Assembly (NCBI GenBank): GCA_029262835.1
Contig: JAJCYQ010000012.1
Location: 3,503-67,502 of the forward strand
Reading direction: 5' to 3'
Source of the DNA: Bacteroidota bacterium
Lineage (GTDB): Bacteria > Bacteroidota > Rhodothermia > Rhodothermales > UBA10348
Length of the DNA: 64,000 nucleotides
Shown: positions 47,533-57,948 of the stretch, one piece after another
How positions within the stretch are numbered: the stretch's first letter is position 1
How the letters are laid out: each line of letters starts with the position of its first letter
Notes under the pieces: model-generated
Told to the model about the DNA's origin: nothing
Seen by the model: the letters and a program-made list of their open reading frames with translations, nothing else
Databases searched by the model: none
Position numbers and translations under genes: made by a program

Positions 47533-49143
47533 ATGTGCAAACAGCGAGGATCAAGGCTGCAGGATGGTACGCTACACGACGAGGCTCATGCCCGGTGGAC
47601 GCGACGGCAGTTCCTTCGAGGCGTTGCGCTTGCAGGAACAGCGGCTACGCTGGGGCTCGGAGGCACGCGGGTTTCGGTGGCGGAGCCGACAGGGCTCATG
47701 CACAGACTGGCGGCGCTCGGCGGCGACCGTATACTGGTCATGATCCAGCTTTCCGGCGGAAATGACGGCCTCAACACCGTAGTTCCTCTTGGCAACGATC
47801 TCTATCGCCAGGCACGCCCGTCACTCGGCATTCGGGATCAGAGTGCCATTCGGCTGGCCGATGGCATCGGGCTGCATCCGTCGCTCTCCTCGTGGGAGCG
47901 GCTCTACCAGGACGGACGCATGGGGATTGTCCAGAACGTGGGCTACGCGGAACCCGAGTTGTCCCATTTCATGTCAACCGATGTATGGCTCTCCGGAAGG
48001 AATGCAGCTGATTTCGACAGCACGGGCTGGACCGGGCGATTTCTTGAGCACATGCACCCGGATGTGCCCGCGACGCTTCCCGATCACCCACTGGCCATGC
48101 AGATCGGCGCATCGACTCCGCTTCTTTTCCAGGGAAACGAAGCCCACTACGGAGTCACTTTCCCGGACCCGTCCATGCTCGACAGGTTGACCTCCGGGGG
48201 GAGCATCCACAATGAAGAGGACGTACCGGACACCTCCTACGGAGAGGAAATTGCCTTCGCGCGCAGTGTGGCCAATGCTGCATTCGTGCACGCCGGCGCC
48301 ATTCGCGATGCCTACGATACGGCCCGCAATGAGGCCTCGTATCCCGGCAACACCCTGGCACGGGACCTGGCCATCGTGGCCCGGCTCATACGAGGAGGAC
48401 TCGGCGCCCAGATATACCACGTCACACTCGGGGGGTTCGACACCCATGCCTCCCAGTCAGGGTCGCACGCTACGCTGCTCGCGCGCCTCGGAGGTGCCGT
48501 CAGCGCGTTTATAAACGATTTGACCGCTGACGGTCATATGGACCGCGTCTGCGCTGTCACCTTCTCGGAATTCGGACGCCGCATCCGCGAAAATGGATCG
48601 TCCGGAACGGATCACGGGACGGCCGCGCCCATGTTCGTCTTCGGCAATCATCTGACGGGCGGCACGACAGGCAACATGCCGGACCTTGCGCACCTCGATG
48701 CCGCCGGAAACCTTGTGGCCAGCACCGACTTCCGGTCCGTGTACGGAAGTATCATGAAAGACTGGTTCAGCCTTCCGGAGGGTCAGGTGGACACGCTCTT
48801 CGGTGGGGCCTGGCCCAATTTGGCGTTGTTCAGCGGTTCGGTGGCGACGCACACCGGCAGGGCATTGGCGCTACCCATCCACCTCCGCGTTGAGAGCGTC
48901 TACCCGAATCCGCTGCGGACCTCCGGGCGTGTTGTGCTGCATTTGCAGCAGGCTGGACCCGTTTCCTGCACACTCGTCGACGCCCTCGGGCGCACGGTAG
49001 GTCGTTTCGGGCCCGAACGCATACTCCAGGTCGGTCGCCACGAGATCATTCTCGAGCGGCCTGGCCATCTCGCGGCCGGCAGCTACCTCCTGCGCGTAAC
49101 GCATGCCGGCGAATCGGCCGCAACTCCGCTCGTGCTGAAATAA
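47533..49143 (+). CDS. DUF1501 (sulfatase-like) protein with Tat signal and T9SS C-terminal sorting domain
   Basis: Twin-arginine motif TRRQFLRGVALAGTAA. DUF1501 blocks GGFDTH and FSEFGRR..ENGS.GTDHG. The C-terminus YPNPLRTSGRVVLHL...GPVSCTLVDALGR......GSYLLRV resembles the T9SS CTD. Confidence 0.8.
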   Translation: MCKQRGSRLQDGTLHDEAHARWTRRQFLRGVALAGTAATLGLGGTRVSVAEPTGLMHRLAALGGDRILVMIQLSGGNDGLNTVVPLGNDLYRQARPSLGIRDQSAIRLADGIGLHPSLSSWERLYQDGRMGIVQNVGYAEPELSHFMSTDVWLSGRNAADFDSTGWTGRFLEHMHPDVPATLPDHPLAMQIGASTPLLFQGNEAHYGVTFPDPSMLDRLTSGGSIHNEEDVPDTSYGEEIAFARSVANAAFVHAGAIRDAYDTARNEASYPGNTLARDLAIVARLIRGGLGAQIYHVTLGGFDTHASQSGSHATLLARLGGAVSAFINDLTADGHMDRVCAVTFSEFGRRIRENGSSGTDHGTAAPMFVFGNHLTGGTTGNMPDLAHLDAAGNLVASTDFRSVYGSIMKDWFSLPEGQVDTLFGGAWPNLALFSGSVATHTGRALALPIHLRVESVYPNPLRTSGRVVLHLQQAGPVSCTLVDALGRTVGRFGPERILQVGRHEIILERPGHLAAGSYLLRVTHAGESAATPLVLK

Positions 49144-49154
49144 GGGCCTGTCTG

Positions 49155-49934
49155 TCACCGCCGGATGGCCCGCGCAATCGTATCGCGGTGCGTGAGCAGC
49201 AGGCTGCGCAGATAGGGCGCAATAGCCATCACGCCGTCGAAGCCGGCGGCGCGCGCGGCGGCATCGTCCCGGTCAAAGGGCCACGTTGCGCTTTCCGCGA
49301 AATGAGGCAGATCCCGGTAGAACCCAAGCGTCATCACGTCCCAGGCCCCACCCGCATCCCGGACGAAGATCAGGTTGCCCGGATGGTCCATGCCAGCGTA
49401 ATACGCGTTTTCCATCTGGCGCTGCGCAACGAGTTCGTCATATTTCCCGGCCAGCGCTTCGAACATCTCCACGTGGAAGAGGCCCGCCCCGTCGGCGCGC
49501 GCATGCAGAACGTCCACGGACGGCCCCCACATGAACGTGTCCTCCGTCCAGGATACGATTTCATTGTGCCCTTCGCGGAACGTCTGCTCTGCCAATTGCC
49601 GCGCTGCCATGCGCTTAGGCGCATACCACGCCTCCCACGAACCCATCGGGTGCATGACCAGGAAGTCCCACTGGTCGCCCTGGCTGTGACGCATCCAGAG
49701 CGGGCGCTCCTCGCCAGCTGCCTCCATGGCATCAAAATGCGCGTGGTACAGATCCATCACCTCGGCATACGCGCCCGGCGCGGCGCGTACGAGTTCCACG
49801 CGGTAGAGCGCAGAGAAGTCGCCTGCCTCGGCCGCTCCCGGCGCCCCGCCGCTCTGCGCCCAGGCTGTCCACGGCGCAACGAGCGCCGCGCACACGACGA
49901 GCACGGCCATCCGATCAATTTTCCTGCGTCGCAT
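49155..49934 (-). CDS. Hypothetical secreted protein
   Basis: Signal peptide MRRRKIDRMAVLVVCAALVAPWTAWAQ. No family recognised. The start is uncertain (49910, 49934 or 49958). Confidence 0.4.
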   Translation of the reverse strand: MRRRKIDRMAVLVVCAALVAPWTAWAQSGGAPGAAEAGDFSALYRVELVRAAPGAYAEVMDLYHAHFDAMEAAGEERPLWMRHSQGDQWDFLVMHPMGSWEAWYAPKRMAARQLAEQTFREGHNEIVSWTEDTFMWGPSVDVLHARADGAGLFHVEMFEALAGKYDELVAQRQMENAYYAGMDHPGNLIFVRDAGGAWDVMTLGFYRDLPHFAESATWPFDRDDAAARAAGFDGVMAIAPYLRSLLLTHRDTIARAIRR

Positions 49935-51639
49935 CGAACAGAACCTCCCCTCCGACAATGGTGTAGAGCACGCGCGTATCCCGAATGGCCTCCGCGGGCA
50001 CGGTCAGGATATCCTGCGAAAGCACAGTCAGATCGGCCAACTTGCCGACCTCGATCGATCCCTTCACATCCTCCTCGAATGCGGCGTACGCGTTGTTGAG
50101 CGTGTAGGACTGGAGCGCCTGTTCGCGCGTCAGACGCTCATCTTCGTAGAAGACCGAGCCGTCCGCAAGCTGGCGGCTCACGGTCGCGTAATAGCTTGAA
50201 ATGGCGTCGATCGGCTCAACCGGCACGTCCGTTCCGTTCGTCACGACCGCCCCCGACTCCCAGAGGCTCTGCCACATGTAGGCACCCGTCCGGGCGCGCT
50301 CTTCGCCGAGGCGGCGTAGTACCCACGGGGCGTCAGATGTCGCATGAATGCCCTGCATGGAGGCAATGACGCCGAGTTCGGCAAAGCGCGGAATGTCGTC
50401 CGGATGCAAATGCTGTGCGTGCTCAACGCGCCACCGGTGATTGTCCAGGCCGCGCTCCACAAAGGTCTGCTCGAAAATGTCGAGCGCCTCGCGATTGGCC
50501 CGGTCTCCGATGGCATGCACGTTGAGTTGAAAACCGATATCAGCGGCCAGTTCGGCGAGCGCTGCCAGCGAATCCATCGAAGATGTGTTCAGACCGCTCG
50601 ACTGCGGCAGGTCCTCATAGGGCTCAAGGAGCCAGGCCCCGTGGGCGCCGAGCGCGCCGTCAATGGTCCGCTTGATGGAGCGCACCGTCAAATGGGGCGT
50701 TTCCATGCGGTAGTCCGCCGCCCGCGCCCTGAGCGCAGCGTTTCCGGCCCGGATCATGACGTAGAGCCTAACGGGGAGCGCGCCTTCCTCGTTCAGCTCC
50801 TTCAAAAAATCGATCGTCCCGAAGCCCGAGCCGGCGTCCTGGAACGACGTTATGCCGTGCCGCAGCGCTTCGTCGGCCGCGAGCCGCGCCATGGTCCGGT
50901 TCTGCTCATCGCGCTCCTCGGCCGTCATCTCCGCCTCGGCTTCCGAAAGCGCCCGCCCGACCAGACCCTGCGCCGTCTCGCGCAGCAGCCCCGTCGGATT
51001 GCCCCGCATATCCTTTATGATTTCGCCGCCATCCGGATTGGGCGTCTCGCCGCTGATCCCGCCGCGCCGCATGGCCTCGGCGTTCACAAACGCCGCGTGC
51101 CCACTGGCATGTCCGAGGTAGACCGGGTTCTGGGGAGATACGGCGCTCAGCGACTGGTGCACCGGATTGCCCTCCACGGCGCCCTCGGGGACCTCGTCCC
51201 ACTTCTCCTGGTGCCACCCGCGCCCCTGGATCCATTCGCCTGGCGCGGCCTCGGCCGCCGCCGCTTCCACCATCGCCACGATTTCATCCCATGTGCGGGC
51301 GCTTGTCAGATCCAGGATCATTTTTGCGCGGCCGAGCGACAGGAAGTGGCCGTGTCCTTCAATGAGTCCGGGCGTTACCACCGCTCCATCGAGCTCAATG
51401 ACCTCCGTCCCGGGTCCAATAAGCGCCTCCATGTCGGCGCTCGACCCTACAGCCATAATCGTGTCCGCCCGAACGGCGACAGCTTCGGCGTAGGGCTGGT
51501 CCGCGTTCACGGTCGCCACCTTCCCCCCGCGCAGCACGAGGTCGGCCGCCGTATCCGGAGCGCCGCACGCGGCGAGCAACGCACCGCCGGCAAGTGCGGC
51601 CATGGCAATAACAAAGGGAACAGATGTGAGTTTATTCAT
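49915..51639 (-). CDS. Amidohydrolase (amidohydrolase_3 / YtcJ-like), lipoprotein
   Basis: Lipobox ALLAAC. GLIEGHGHF metal motif, HAIGD, and a C-terminal GSIE.GK.ADL.VL. Confidence 0.8.
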   Translation of the reverse strand: MNKLTSVPFVIAMAALAGGALLAACGAPDTAADLVLRGGKVATVNADQPYAEAVAVRADTIMAVGSSADMEALIGPGTEVIELDGAVVTPGLIEGHGHFLSLGRAKMILDLTSARTWDEIVAMVEAAAAEAAPGEWIQGRGWHQEKWDEVPEGAVEGNPVHQSLSAVSPQNPVYLGHASGHAAFVNAEAMRRGGISGETPNPDGGEIIKDMRGNPTGLLRETAQGLVGRALSEAEAEMTAEERDEQNRTMARLAADEALRHGITSFQDAGSGFGTIDFLKELNEEGALPVRLYVMIRAGNAALRARAADYRMETPHLTVRSIKRTIDGALGAHGAWLLEPYEDLPQSSGLNTSSMDSLAALAELAADIGFQLNVHAIGDRANREALDIFEQTFVERGLDNHRWRVEHAQHLHPDDIPRFAELGVIASMQGIHATSDAPWVLRRLGEERARTGAYMWQSLWESGAVVTNGTDVPVEPIDAISSYYATVSRQLADGSVFYEDERLTREQALQSYTLNNAYAAFEEDVKGSIEVGKLADLTVLSQDILTVPAEAIRDTRVLYTIVGGEVLFDATQEN

Positions 51640-51650
51640 GGTCCTGTATA

Positions 51651-54600
51651 TCAATGTATTTCCTGCGCTTTACGGTCCAGAAGCGTCTGGATCCGGCGCT
51701 GGGCCTCGGCCACCTGCGGCTGAAGCACAGGGTCGGCGCGCTGCCAGCGCTCGGCCATTTCCTCGTAGGCGGCAATGGCCTCGTCAATCTGCCCAAGCTC
51801 TTCGCGCAGCGCGCCGAGCCGGAAGAGCGAGAGCGCCAACGTCCCCTCATCGAAGAATATACGACCGGGATCAACCGCTGACGTGTACGCACGAAGGTGC
51901 GCCGCGGCCGCTTCCGTATTGCCGCGCTCGAGCTCCAGGTCGGCGAGCTCACGACCGGCGCACCTGTTGCACCCAAACTCCGACTCCGTGGCGCGTACCG
52001 CTTCAATGGCTTCCGCCAGGTCCATCTCGCCCGCCATACCACGGGCATACGCGCTTATGAGGCGTGCAAACGGAAAGAGGTCAACACCCACGTCGGCAGC
52101 CCGGCGCTCGATCCGGTCCAGAACCGGCACGGCATCTGCGTGGCGCCCCGTCGTGGCCAGCGCCGCGGCGCCCGTCATGACAATGCTCCACGACTCCCGG
52201 TCGTGCTCCAACTGCGAATCCATGGCAACGAGCGAGTCAACGGCCGGATATAACGCGCGCGTGTCACCTGTCAACAGCGCCTCTTCCCACAACAGATCCA
52301 CCCGACGCTCAATCTCACGGAAGGCGCGCGTTCCCGGGCTCAGCACGCCCCAGTCGCGACGCACATACCCATTTAGTGCCTGCTTCTGGATGCGCGCCTC
52401 CCGCAGGCGGCCCTCAGCGAGCGCGAGATCGCCCAGCGCGGAGATATAGTTCCTTGAATCCCCCTCGAACCGCGCCCGCGCCCGGATGGAATCGGCCCAG
52501 GCGTAGGCCGCCTCCAGATCCTTGTCCATGAACGCGATCTGTGCGCGACGCAGAGCTAATCGAGACTGCCCAGGAAAAGCGCGATCAAACGCTTCCACTT
52601 CCTCGCGGTACTCCTCATAGCGCTGCTGGCCAGCCAGCGAGCGAATCAGGTTCTCCCGGAATACCGAGCCGTCGCGCACGGTCATGGCACGCCGCAGGAG
52701 CTCCTCCGCTTCCACAAAGCGAGCCTCCTGGTTGTAGATGATTGCCAGGTTGTTGAGCGACGCTTCATCGAATGGATAGCGGCGGAGTACCTCTTCGTAG
52801 GCCTGCGCCTCCTTCTCGTCGTCGAGTTCCACAATGCTGTAATAGTAAGCTTCCGTCAGCAGCCGCTCGCGAAGTGGCAGCCTTTCGCGCAGCTCAAAGC
52901 CGCGTGTCACCCAGGCCCGCGTGGAATCAAGAATGCCACCGGCATTCTGGTTGAGCACGGCCAGCTTCCGGTACGCCATGGCGAACCGGGGGTCCATCTG
53001 GATGACGCGCTGCATCATGTCCCGGGCCTCCCCATAGCGCCCCTGGTCGGCCACATCTTCCGCTTCCGTATAGAGCCGCAGCGCCTCGGTATTCTGCGTT
53101 GTAACCTGCGCCAGCGGCTGACTGCTCCTGATGGATGTCACCGATTCACCAATCTGCTCGCGCAGCCTGGCCGAGGCCCGGTCAATCGCGTCCAGGACAT
53201 CGGCATCTGAACGCGCGCTTTCGCGGAAGGCCACGAGCTGACTGCCGTCCGCGACGGACACAATCCGGGCGTTGATGATATATCCCGCACCGGCCTGGTT
53301 TATATCCCCCTCAATGACCGCCTTCACGCCCTCCCTTTCGGCCACGGACCGCGCGAGCGCGGGCGAAAGCGTCGTATCTGTCCGAATCTGCATGCGCTCC
53401 AGTGCCGACTGGATAGTCGCTCGGTCTACCAGGCGGAACGCATCGGACTGCGACAGGTCAATCCGGAGCGCCTCGGTCACGGTATTACTGAGCGTGGGCT
53501 CGTCGGTTGTATTGTCGAACTGGGCCACAATCAGCGCATCCTGCGCCGTGAGCGTCCCCGCCGTCATCAGCGTCGCGAAGGGCCCAACGCCAGCCGCCCG
53601 AAGCCCGAGAAATCCACCCGCAAGAAGTCCCAGCACGCCAAGCGCAAGAACCCCTCCCAGAAATGCCCGTTTTGTCGTCAACCATGACTGCAGCCCGTGC
53701 AGCCGGGCGCGCTCACCCGAATTCAGATGCGCCCTCTTTTTCTCCACCTTGACCGCATAGAGCACCACCGGCAGCCCGAGCAGCATGAGCCCGACACCCA
53801 GCGGAAACACCCAGTCGGGAAGCCCAAGCATCAGCATGGCCGTATACACGACCACAAGCCCGCCAAAAGCGAAGAGGCTGAATGTAATAATGGCTTTCTG
53901 CAGGATGGATGCGTCGCTCGCCGCTGCATCGGCACCCGCGCGCCCCTGGCCAGCGGCCGCGCGCTCCACCGTCTGGACCAGCGTCGGGTCCGCATACGGC
54001 GTCAACGCCTGGGCGAGCTCGCTGGCCGATCGGTAGCGCTCATCGGGTGATTTGGCGAGGCACTTCATGACGAGCGCAGCCAGCTCGGGCGGCACGCTGT
54101 CTGGCAGCGGCTCCGGGGTCTCATTGATGATCGAGTAGACCATGGCGGCTTCATACCCACCCATGAAGGGCCGCCGCCCTGCGAGAAGCTCGTAGAGAAT
54201 GATGCCCATGGCCCAGATATCCGAGCGGGCATCGACCTGCTCACCGCGAGCCTGCTCCGGACTCATGTAGGAGGCCGTCCCAATGGTCGATCCGGCCTGC
54301 GTCAGATCAGACAACCCACTCAGTTTCGCCACACCGAAATCCAGGACCTTGACCAGCCCTTTCTCGGTCACCATGATGTTGGCGGGCTTGATGTCCCGGT
54401 GCACGATCCCCGCCTTGTGCGCCGCGGTCAGGCCCTTCGCGACCTGCCGTACCAATCCGCACGCCTCTTCCATGGACGGAGGATGCTCTTCAAGCAGGTA
54501 CTTGAGCGTCTTGCCGTCATAGAACGACATGACAATAAACAGCTCGCCCGTATCGGTCTCGGCAATATCGTGGATGGTGCAGATGTGGGGATCATCGAGA

Positions 54601-54788
54601 CTCGATGCCGCACGCGCCTCCTGCATGAAGCGCTCCTTCGCCTTCTCGTCCGAGCTGAATGAAGCCGGAAGAAACTTCAGCGCTACCGTCCGGCCGAGCT
54701 TCGTATCGGTGGCCTTGTAGACCACGCCCATACCGCCCGAACCCAGCTGTTCGAGTATATGGTACTGTCCGACAGTTTGTCCTTTCAT
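51651..54788 (-). CDS. Ser/Thr protein kinase with TM segments and a long C-terminal TPR region
   Basis: GSGGMGVVYKA, HRDIKPAN, DFG and SPEQ motifs, followed by TM helices and TPR-like repeats. Start set at ATG 54788, downstream of the tRNA-Val terminator. Confidence 0.85.
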   Translation of the reverse strand: MKGQTVGQYHILEQLGSGGMGVVYKATDTKLGRTVALKFLPASFSSDEKAKERFMQEARAASSLDDPHICTIHDIAETDTGELFIVMSFYDGKTLKYLLEEHPPSMEEACGLVRQVAKGLTAAHKAGIVHRDIKPANIMVTEKGLVKVLDFGVAKLSGLSDLTQAGSTIGTASYMSPEQARGEQVDARSDIWAMGIILYELLAGRRPFMGGYEAAMVYSIINETPEPLPDSVPPELAALVMKCLAKSPDERYRSASELAQALTPYADPTLVQTVERAAAGQGRAGADAAASDASILQKAIITFSLFAFGGLVVVYTAMLMLGLPDWVFPLGVGLMLLGLPVVLYAVKVEKKRAHLNSGERARLHGLQSWLTTKRAFLGGVLALGVLGLLAGGFLGLRAAGVGPFATLMTAGTLTAQDALIVAQFDNTTDEPTLSNTVTEALRIDLSQSDAFRLVDRATIQSALERMQIRTDTTLSPALARSVAEREGVKAVIEGDINQAGAGYIINARIVSVADGSQLVAFRESARSDADVLDAIDRASARLREQIGESVTSIRSSQPLAQVTTQNTEALRLYTEAEDVADQGRYGEARDMMQRVIQMDPRFAMAYRKLAVLNQNAGGILDSTRAWVTRGFELRERLPLRERLLTEAYYYSIVELDDEKEAQAYEEVLRRYPFDEASLNNLAIIYNQEARFVEAEELLRRAMTVRDGSVFRENLIRSLAGQQRYEEYREEVEAFDRAFPGQSRLALRRAQIAFMDKDLEAAYAWADSIRARARFEGDSRNYISALGDLALAEGRLREARIQKQALNGYVRRDWGVLSPGTRAFREIERRVDLLWEEALLTGDTRALYPAVDSLVAMDSQLEHDRESWSIVMTGAAALATTGRHADAVPVLDRIERRAADVGVDLFPFARLISAYARGMAGEMDLAEAIEAVRATESEFGCNRCAGRELADLELERGNTEAAAAHLRAYTSAVDPGRIFFDEGTLALSLFRLGALREELGQIDEAIAAYEEMAERWQRADPVLQPQVAEAQRRIQTLLDRKAQEIH

Positions 54789-54926
54789 GGGGCGTTCCGG
54801 GTGGGTTCGGCAAATATAGGGGATGACGGCGCAAAGAACACACACCGGACGGGCCGGGCTTTCATGATACAAGGGACATCCAGAGAAGCCCGGAAAAAGG
54901 CTCGTGAGTCGCTGGAACCCGGGCAT

Positions 54927-54961
54927 GAAAAAAGCCCACCCCAGTCCGGGGTGGGCTTTTT
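54927..54961 (-). terminator. Rho-independent terminator downstream of tRNA-Val
   Basis: Minus strand: AGCCCACCCC-GGACT-GGGGTGGGCT followed by TTTTTT. A-run/T-run flanks give it a bidirectional appearance. Confidence 0.7.
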
Positions 54962-54962
54962 G

Positions 54963-55036
54963 TGGGCCCTACGGGATTCGAACCTGTGACCTCTCGCGTG
55001 TGAGGCGAGCGCTCTAAACCGCTGAGCTAAGGGCCC
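54963..55036 (-). tRNA. tRNA-Val (anticodon CAC), no encoded CCA
   Basis: Minus strand: GGGCCCT TA GCTC AGCGGTTTA GAGC G CTCGC CTCACAC GCGAG AGGTC ACAGG TTCGAAT CCCGT AGGGCCC A. There is one A:C mismatch in the T stem. Confidence 0.85.
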
Positions 55037-55072
55037 TGATTTGAGCAGCCGGTTGGGCGCTCGACCTGATAA

Positions 55073-55762
55073 TTACTCTCTTGTCGATACCTGGACAAAA
55101 CCCGTACCAGCCAGCAGGCGAGTGGCACCACCACGCAGGGGTCCACTGTCGAAGCGCGGCGTCATGCTGGACGATGTTGAAATTACGGGCAGTGCCCCTG
55201 TCGGAGCAACCGGTAGCGCAGCTTCCGAAGCAGATATTCTGTCAAGCCGAAACGATCCGGTCGCAAACGAAACGGCGCTGAGTGGACCCGCTGCAATTGC
55301 GCCATGCGCATCGACAGGAGATGAAAGCTCACTTTCTGCGCTGACAGGTTCATCCACGGCCAACTGGGCACCTTCCACGCCGGGCTCGGAAAACACCGAC
55401 ATCCCTGCCATGACGCCAATCAGCATGAGCACACAGGCAACAGACGTGACAACCGCGACACCGCTCAGCCGGTCGGTCAGCGCCGCCTGCAGGTGCTGCT
55501 CGCGACTCAGTTCCATGGCCACGCGGCACCGGATCTCAGCTTCAATATCGTGTGTCGAGTGCCTGCAGCCATACGAACTCAGCAGCGCCCTCGTACGGCA
55601 CAGGCAATGCGCCTGATCGGCCAGTTCGGGGTCCGTGGCAAGCAGTTCTTCGAAAGCCGCGCGCACGGCGGCATCCATGGTGCCATCGACGTACTCACAC
55701 ATGAGTTCGTCGAGTTGGTCGTCTTTGGAATCGGGGCAGTAACCTTCCGGCATAAGCGTCAA
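55073..55762 (-). CDS. Putative anti-sigma factor (zf-HC2-like N-terminus, one TM)
   Basis: N-terminal C....L..Y.DG.......A.FE.HL..C..C pattern, a central TM (VAVVTSVACVLMLIGVMAGM), and a position directly downstream of the sigma factor. Confidence 0.55.
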   Translation of the reverse strand: MTLMPEGYCPDSKDDQLDELMCEYVDGTMDAAVRAAFEELLATDPELADQAHCLCRTRALLSSYGCRHSTHDIEAEIRCRVAMELSREQHLQAALTDRLSGVAVVTSVACVLMLIGVMAGMSVFSEPGVEGAQLAVDEPVSAESELSSPVDAHGAIAAGPLSAVSFATGSFRLDRISASEAALPVAPTGALPVISTSSSMTPRFDSGPLRGGATRLLAGTGFVQVSTRE

Positions 55763-55802
55763 TACGGGTTATCAATCCGTACCACGACATGTGTGCAAGG
55801 TT

Positions 55803-56504
55803 TCAGTCGTCGTTCTGCGGCGTGTAGACTTCGCGGAGCAGGCTCTGCAGCTTCGTACGCCCCCGGTTGATCCGGCTCTTGACGGTGCCCATCGGAAGGC
55901 CGGTGATATCGGCAATTTCTTCGTAGGCCAGCTGCTGCACGTCACGCAGCACAACCACCTCGCGAAACTCTTCGGGGATCTGCTTGAGCGCTTCCTGGAT
56001 GAAGAAATCCTGGATGGTGCTTTCTGCGTGCTTGTCCGGGGAGAACGTTTCGTCCGGAATTTCCACCTCATACTCCTCGTCATCCCGGTTCACCGACTGC
56101 AACGAGTAGAGACGGCGGCGCTTGCGCTTACGGTACTCCGAGCGGGCCAGGTTGCCAGCAATGGTGTACAGCCAGGTCGAGAACTTGGCAATCCGGCGGT
56201 AGGAGTGGCGATTGCGGTACACGCGCAGGAACGTCTCCTGCAACAGGTCCTCGCACTCCTTCATGTCACCCAGGAACCTGTAGATGTAGTTCGTGAGCGG
56301 ATCCTTGTACCGGCTGACCAGGATATCGAAGGCCTCGACCGTCCCCATCTGGAACTGGGACATGAGGTCCTCATCGCTCATCTGGCTGAGCGCATCATAG
56401 TGGCGATTGTTCGGGTTGACATTCCCGGACAATCCCATTTCGGATGCTTTGACCTTGAGCGTTCGCTTTTTCAACGTTCCTGCCTGCTCGGTATTGGTAA
56501 TCAT
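55803..56504 (-). CDS. ECF-type RNA polymerase sigma-70 family factor with N-terminal extension
   Basis: Region 2 (FD.LV.RYK..L..Y..RFLGD....EDLLQETFLRVY, STWLYTIA.N) and region 4 (VV.LRD...L.YEEIA.ITG.P.GTVKSR..RGR..L). Confidence 0.85.
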   Translation of the reverse strand: MITNTEQAGTLKKRTLKVKASEMGLSGNVNPNNRHYDALSQMSDEDLMSQFQMGTVEAFDILVSRYKDPLTNYIYRFLGDMKECEDLLQETFLRVYRNRHSYRRIAKFSTWLYTIAGNLARSEYRKRKRRRLYSLQSVNRDDEEYEVEIPDETFSPDKHAESTIQDFFIQEALKQIPEEFREVVVLRDVQQLAYEEIADITGLPMGTVKSRINRGRTKLQSLLREVYTPQNDD

Positions 56505-57520
56505 GTATTTGCCGTTACGTGGCGCAACAGAAGGTGCAGAATCATACGCTCGCTACGGGCGCTGCCGCCTTTCAATTCGAAATCGGCCGCCGTAAGCGCT
56601 GAAATAGCCCCTTCAATCTGTCGAGGATCATATTTCCTCAACGCCTGAAGATAGCCTTTCAGTATGTAGGGCGAAAGGCCGACGCGTTTCGCCATGTCGT
56701 TTTCAGCGATTCTTGTTCTCTGCAATCCTGTCAGTTGCCACAACTTCAAAAAGTACGAGGAGAGGATGGCGACAATGCGCGTGCACTCTCCCTGCGGGTT
56801 TGATGACTGCTGCAATAATCGTTCCGATATGCGCAGAGCTTCATCATAATCCCGGTTTCCAACGACCCGCTGCAGCTCGAACACGTTGAATTCACGCGTC
56901 TGGCCACTCGCCTGGATCACATCGTCGGCCGTGATCTCCGTCCGCTCTCCAGCATACGTCGAGATCTTGTCCAGTTCTGCGGCCGCTGCAGACAGGGAAG
57001 TGCCCACGAATTCAGCCAGCATGTGGATGGCCTGCTGATCCAGCTTATACCCCTTTTCACGCGCTACGACGCCAATCCAACGGGCCGTTTCGTTCGCGTA
57101 GAGCGCCCTGAAACCCGCCACTCGGGCCGTACCCTTGAGCGCACGGTACGGATGCCGCGTCATGTTCGGTTTCCCCGAGCAGACCAGGAATACAATACAC
57201 GCCGGGTTGGGCTGCTCCCCGAGCGCCTTGAACAGGGCATTCTCCTTCATCTTGTCGAAATCCCGGATCACGACCAATCGTCGTTCTGCCATCATGGGAT
57301 AGGACTGACAAGCTGACAGGGCGGCGCGGGCATCTACGTCGGAGCCATACAGGATATCCTGGTTGAAATCCCGTTCGTGTTCTGGGATGGCATGGCGAAC
57401 GAGCGTCTGCTGCAGGGAATCAATGAACCACCGCTCCTCTCCATGAACCAGATAGAGCGGTTCGAATTTCCGGGCCTCAAACGCCTTTCGGAGTTCCTCA
57501 TACGGGATAGGCGCAGCCAT
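56501..57520 (-). CDS. holA: DNA polymerase III delta subunit
   Basis: The N-terminus ...PLYLVHGEE.....S....L.....P...RDFN...LYG.D reads like HolA. Length ~340 aa. Start set at ATG 57520. Confidence 0.8.
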   Translation of the reverse strand: MAAPIPYEELRKAFEARKFEPLYLVHGEERWFIDSLQQTLVRHAIPEHERDFNQDILYGSDVDARAALSACQSYPMMAERRLVVIRDFDKMKENALFKALGEQPNPACIVFLVCSGKPNMTRHPYRALKGTARVAGFRALYANETARWIGVVAREKGYKLDQQAIHMLAEFVGTSLSAAAAELDKISTYAGERTEITADDVIQASGQTREFNVFELQRVVGNRDYDEALRISERLLQQSSNPQGECTRIVAILSSYFLKLWQLTGLQRTRIAENDMAKRVGLSPYILKGYLQALRKYDPRQIEGAISALTAADFELKGGSARSERMILHLLLRHVTANT

Positions 57521-57948
57521 CAGGATCGCATTTCGTAGAACTGCTCGGCAACATCGCGCAGCGCATTGGCATCTTCGAGTACGATGCCATACAGGTATTC
57601 GGTCAGCGCATCGGGCCATGGGTCGATGCGGGCCATGTGCCTCGTGAGAACGCCCCGGACACGCGACAACTCACCGACCAGCCACTCGGCGTCGGCGTCA
57701 GGCTCCACGGTAACGGTAACGGTCGGCACATCCTCAAGCCCTGCCCGCTGTGTGGCTTCCGGCAGATGACGCGTAATCTCTGCCTCGAGCATCTGCAGAT
57801 ACCTGTCCCGGATACTGTCCGAAGAACCGACGTGCGTCAGCGTAAGGCGGTCGGCCGGCAACGCCGCCAGAAGCGGCCGCTGCATATCGAGTTCATCGAC
57901 CAGATAGGCCAGTTGATCCAGTATGGCATCCCGCCCCTGATCCATCAT
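57520..57948 (-). CDS. Hypothetical protein
   Basis: 142-aa ORF, tightly packed between nuoI-like and holA (4-nt and 1-nt overlaps). No family recognised. Confidence 0.4.
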   Translation of the reverse strand: MMDQGRDAILDQLAYLVDELDMQRPLLAALPADRLTLTHVGSSDSIRDRYLQMLEAEITRHLPEATQRAGLEDVPTVTVTVEPDADAEWLVGELSRVRGVLTRHMARIDPWPDALTEYLYGIVLEDANALRDVAEQFYEMRS

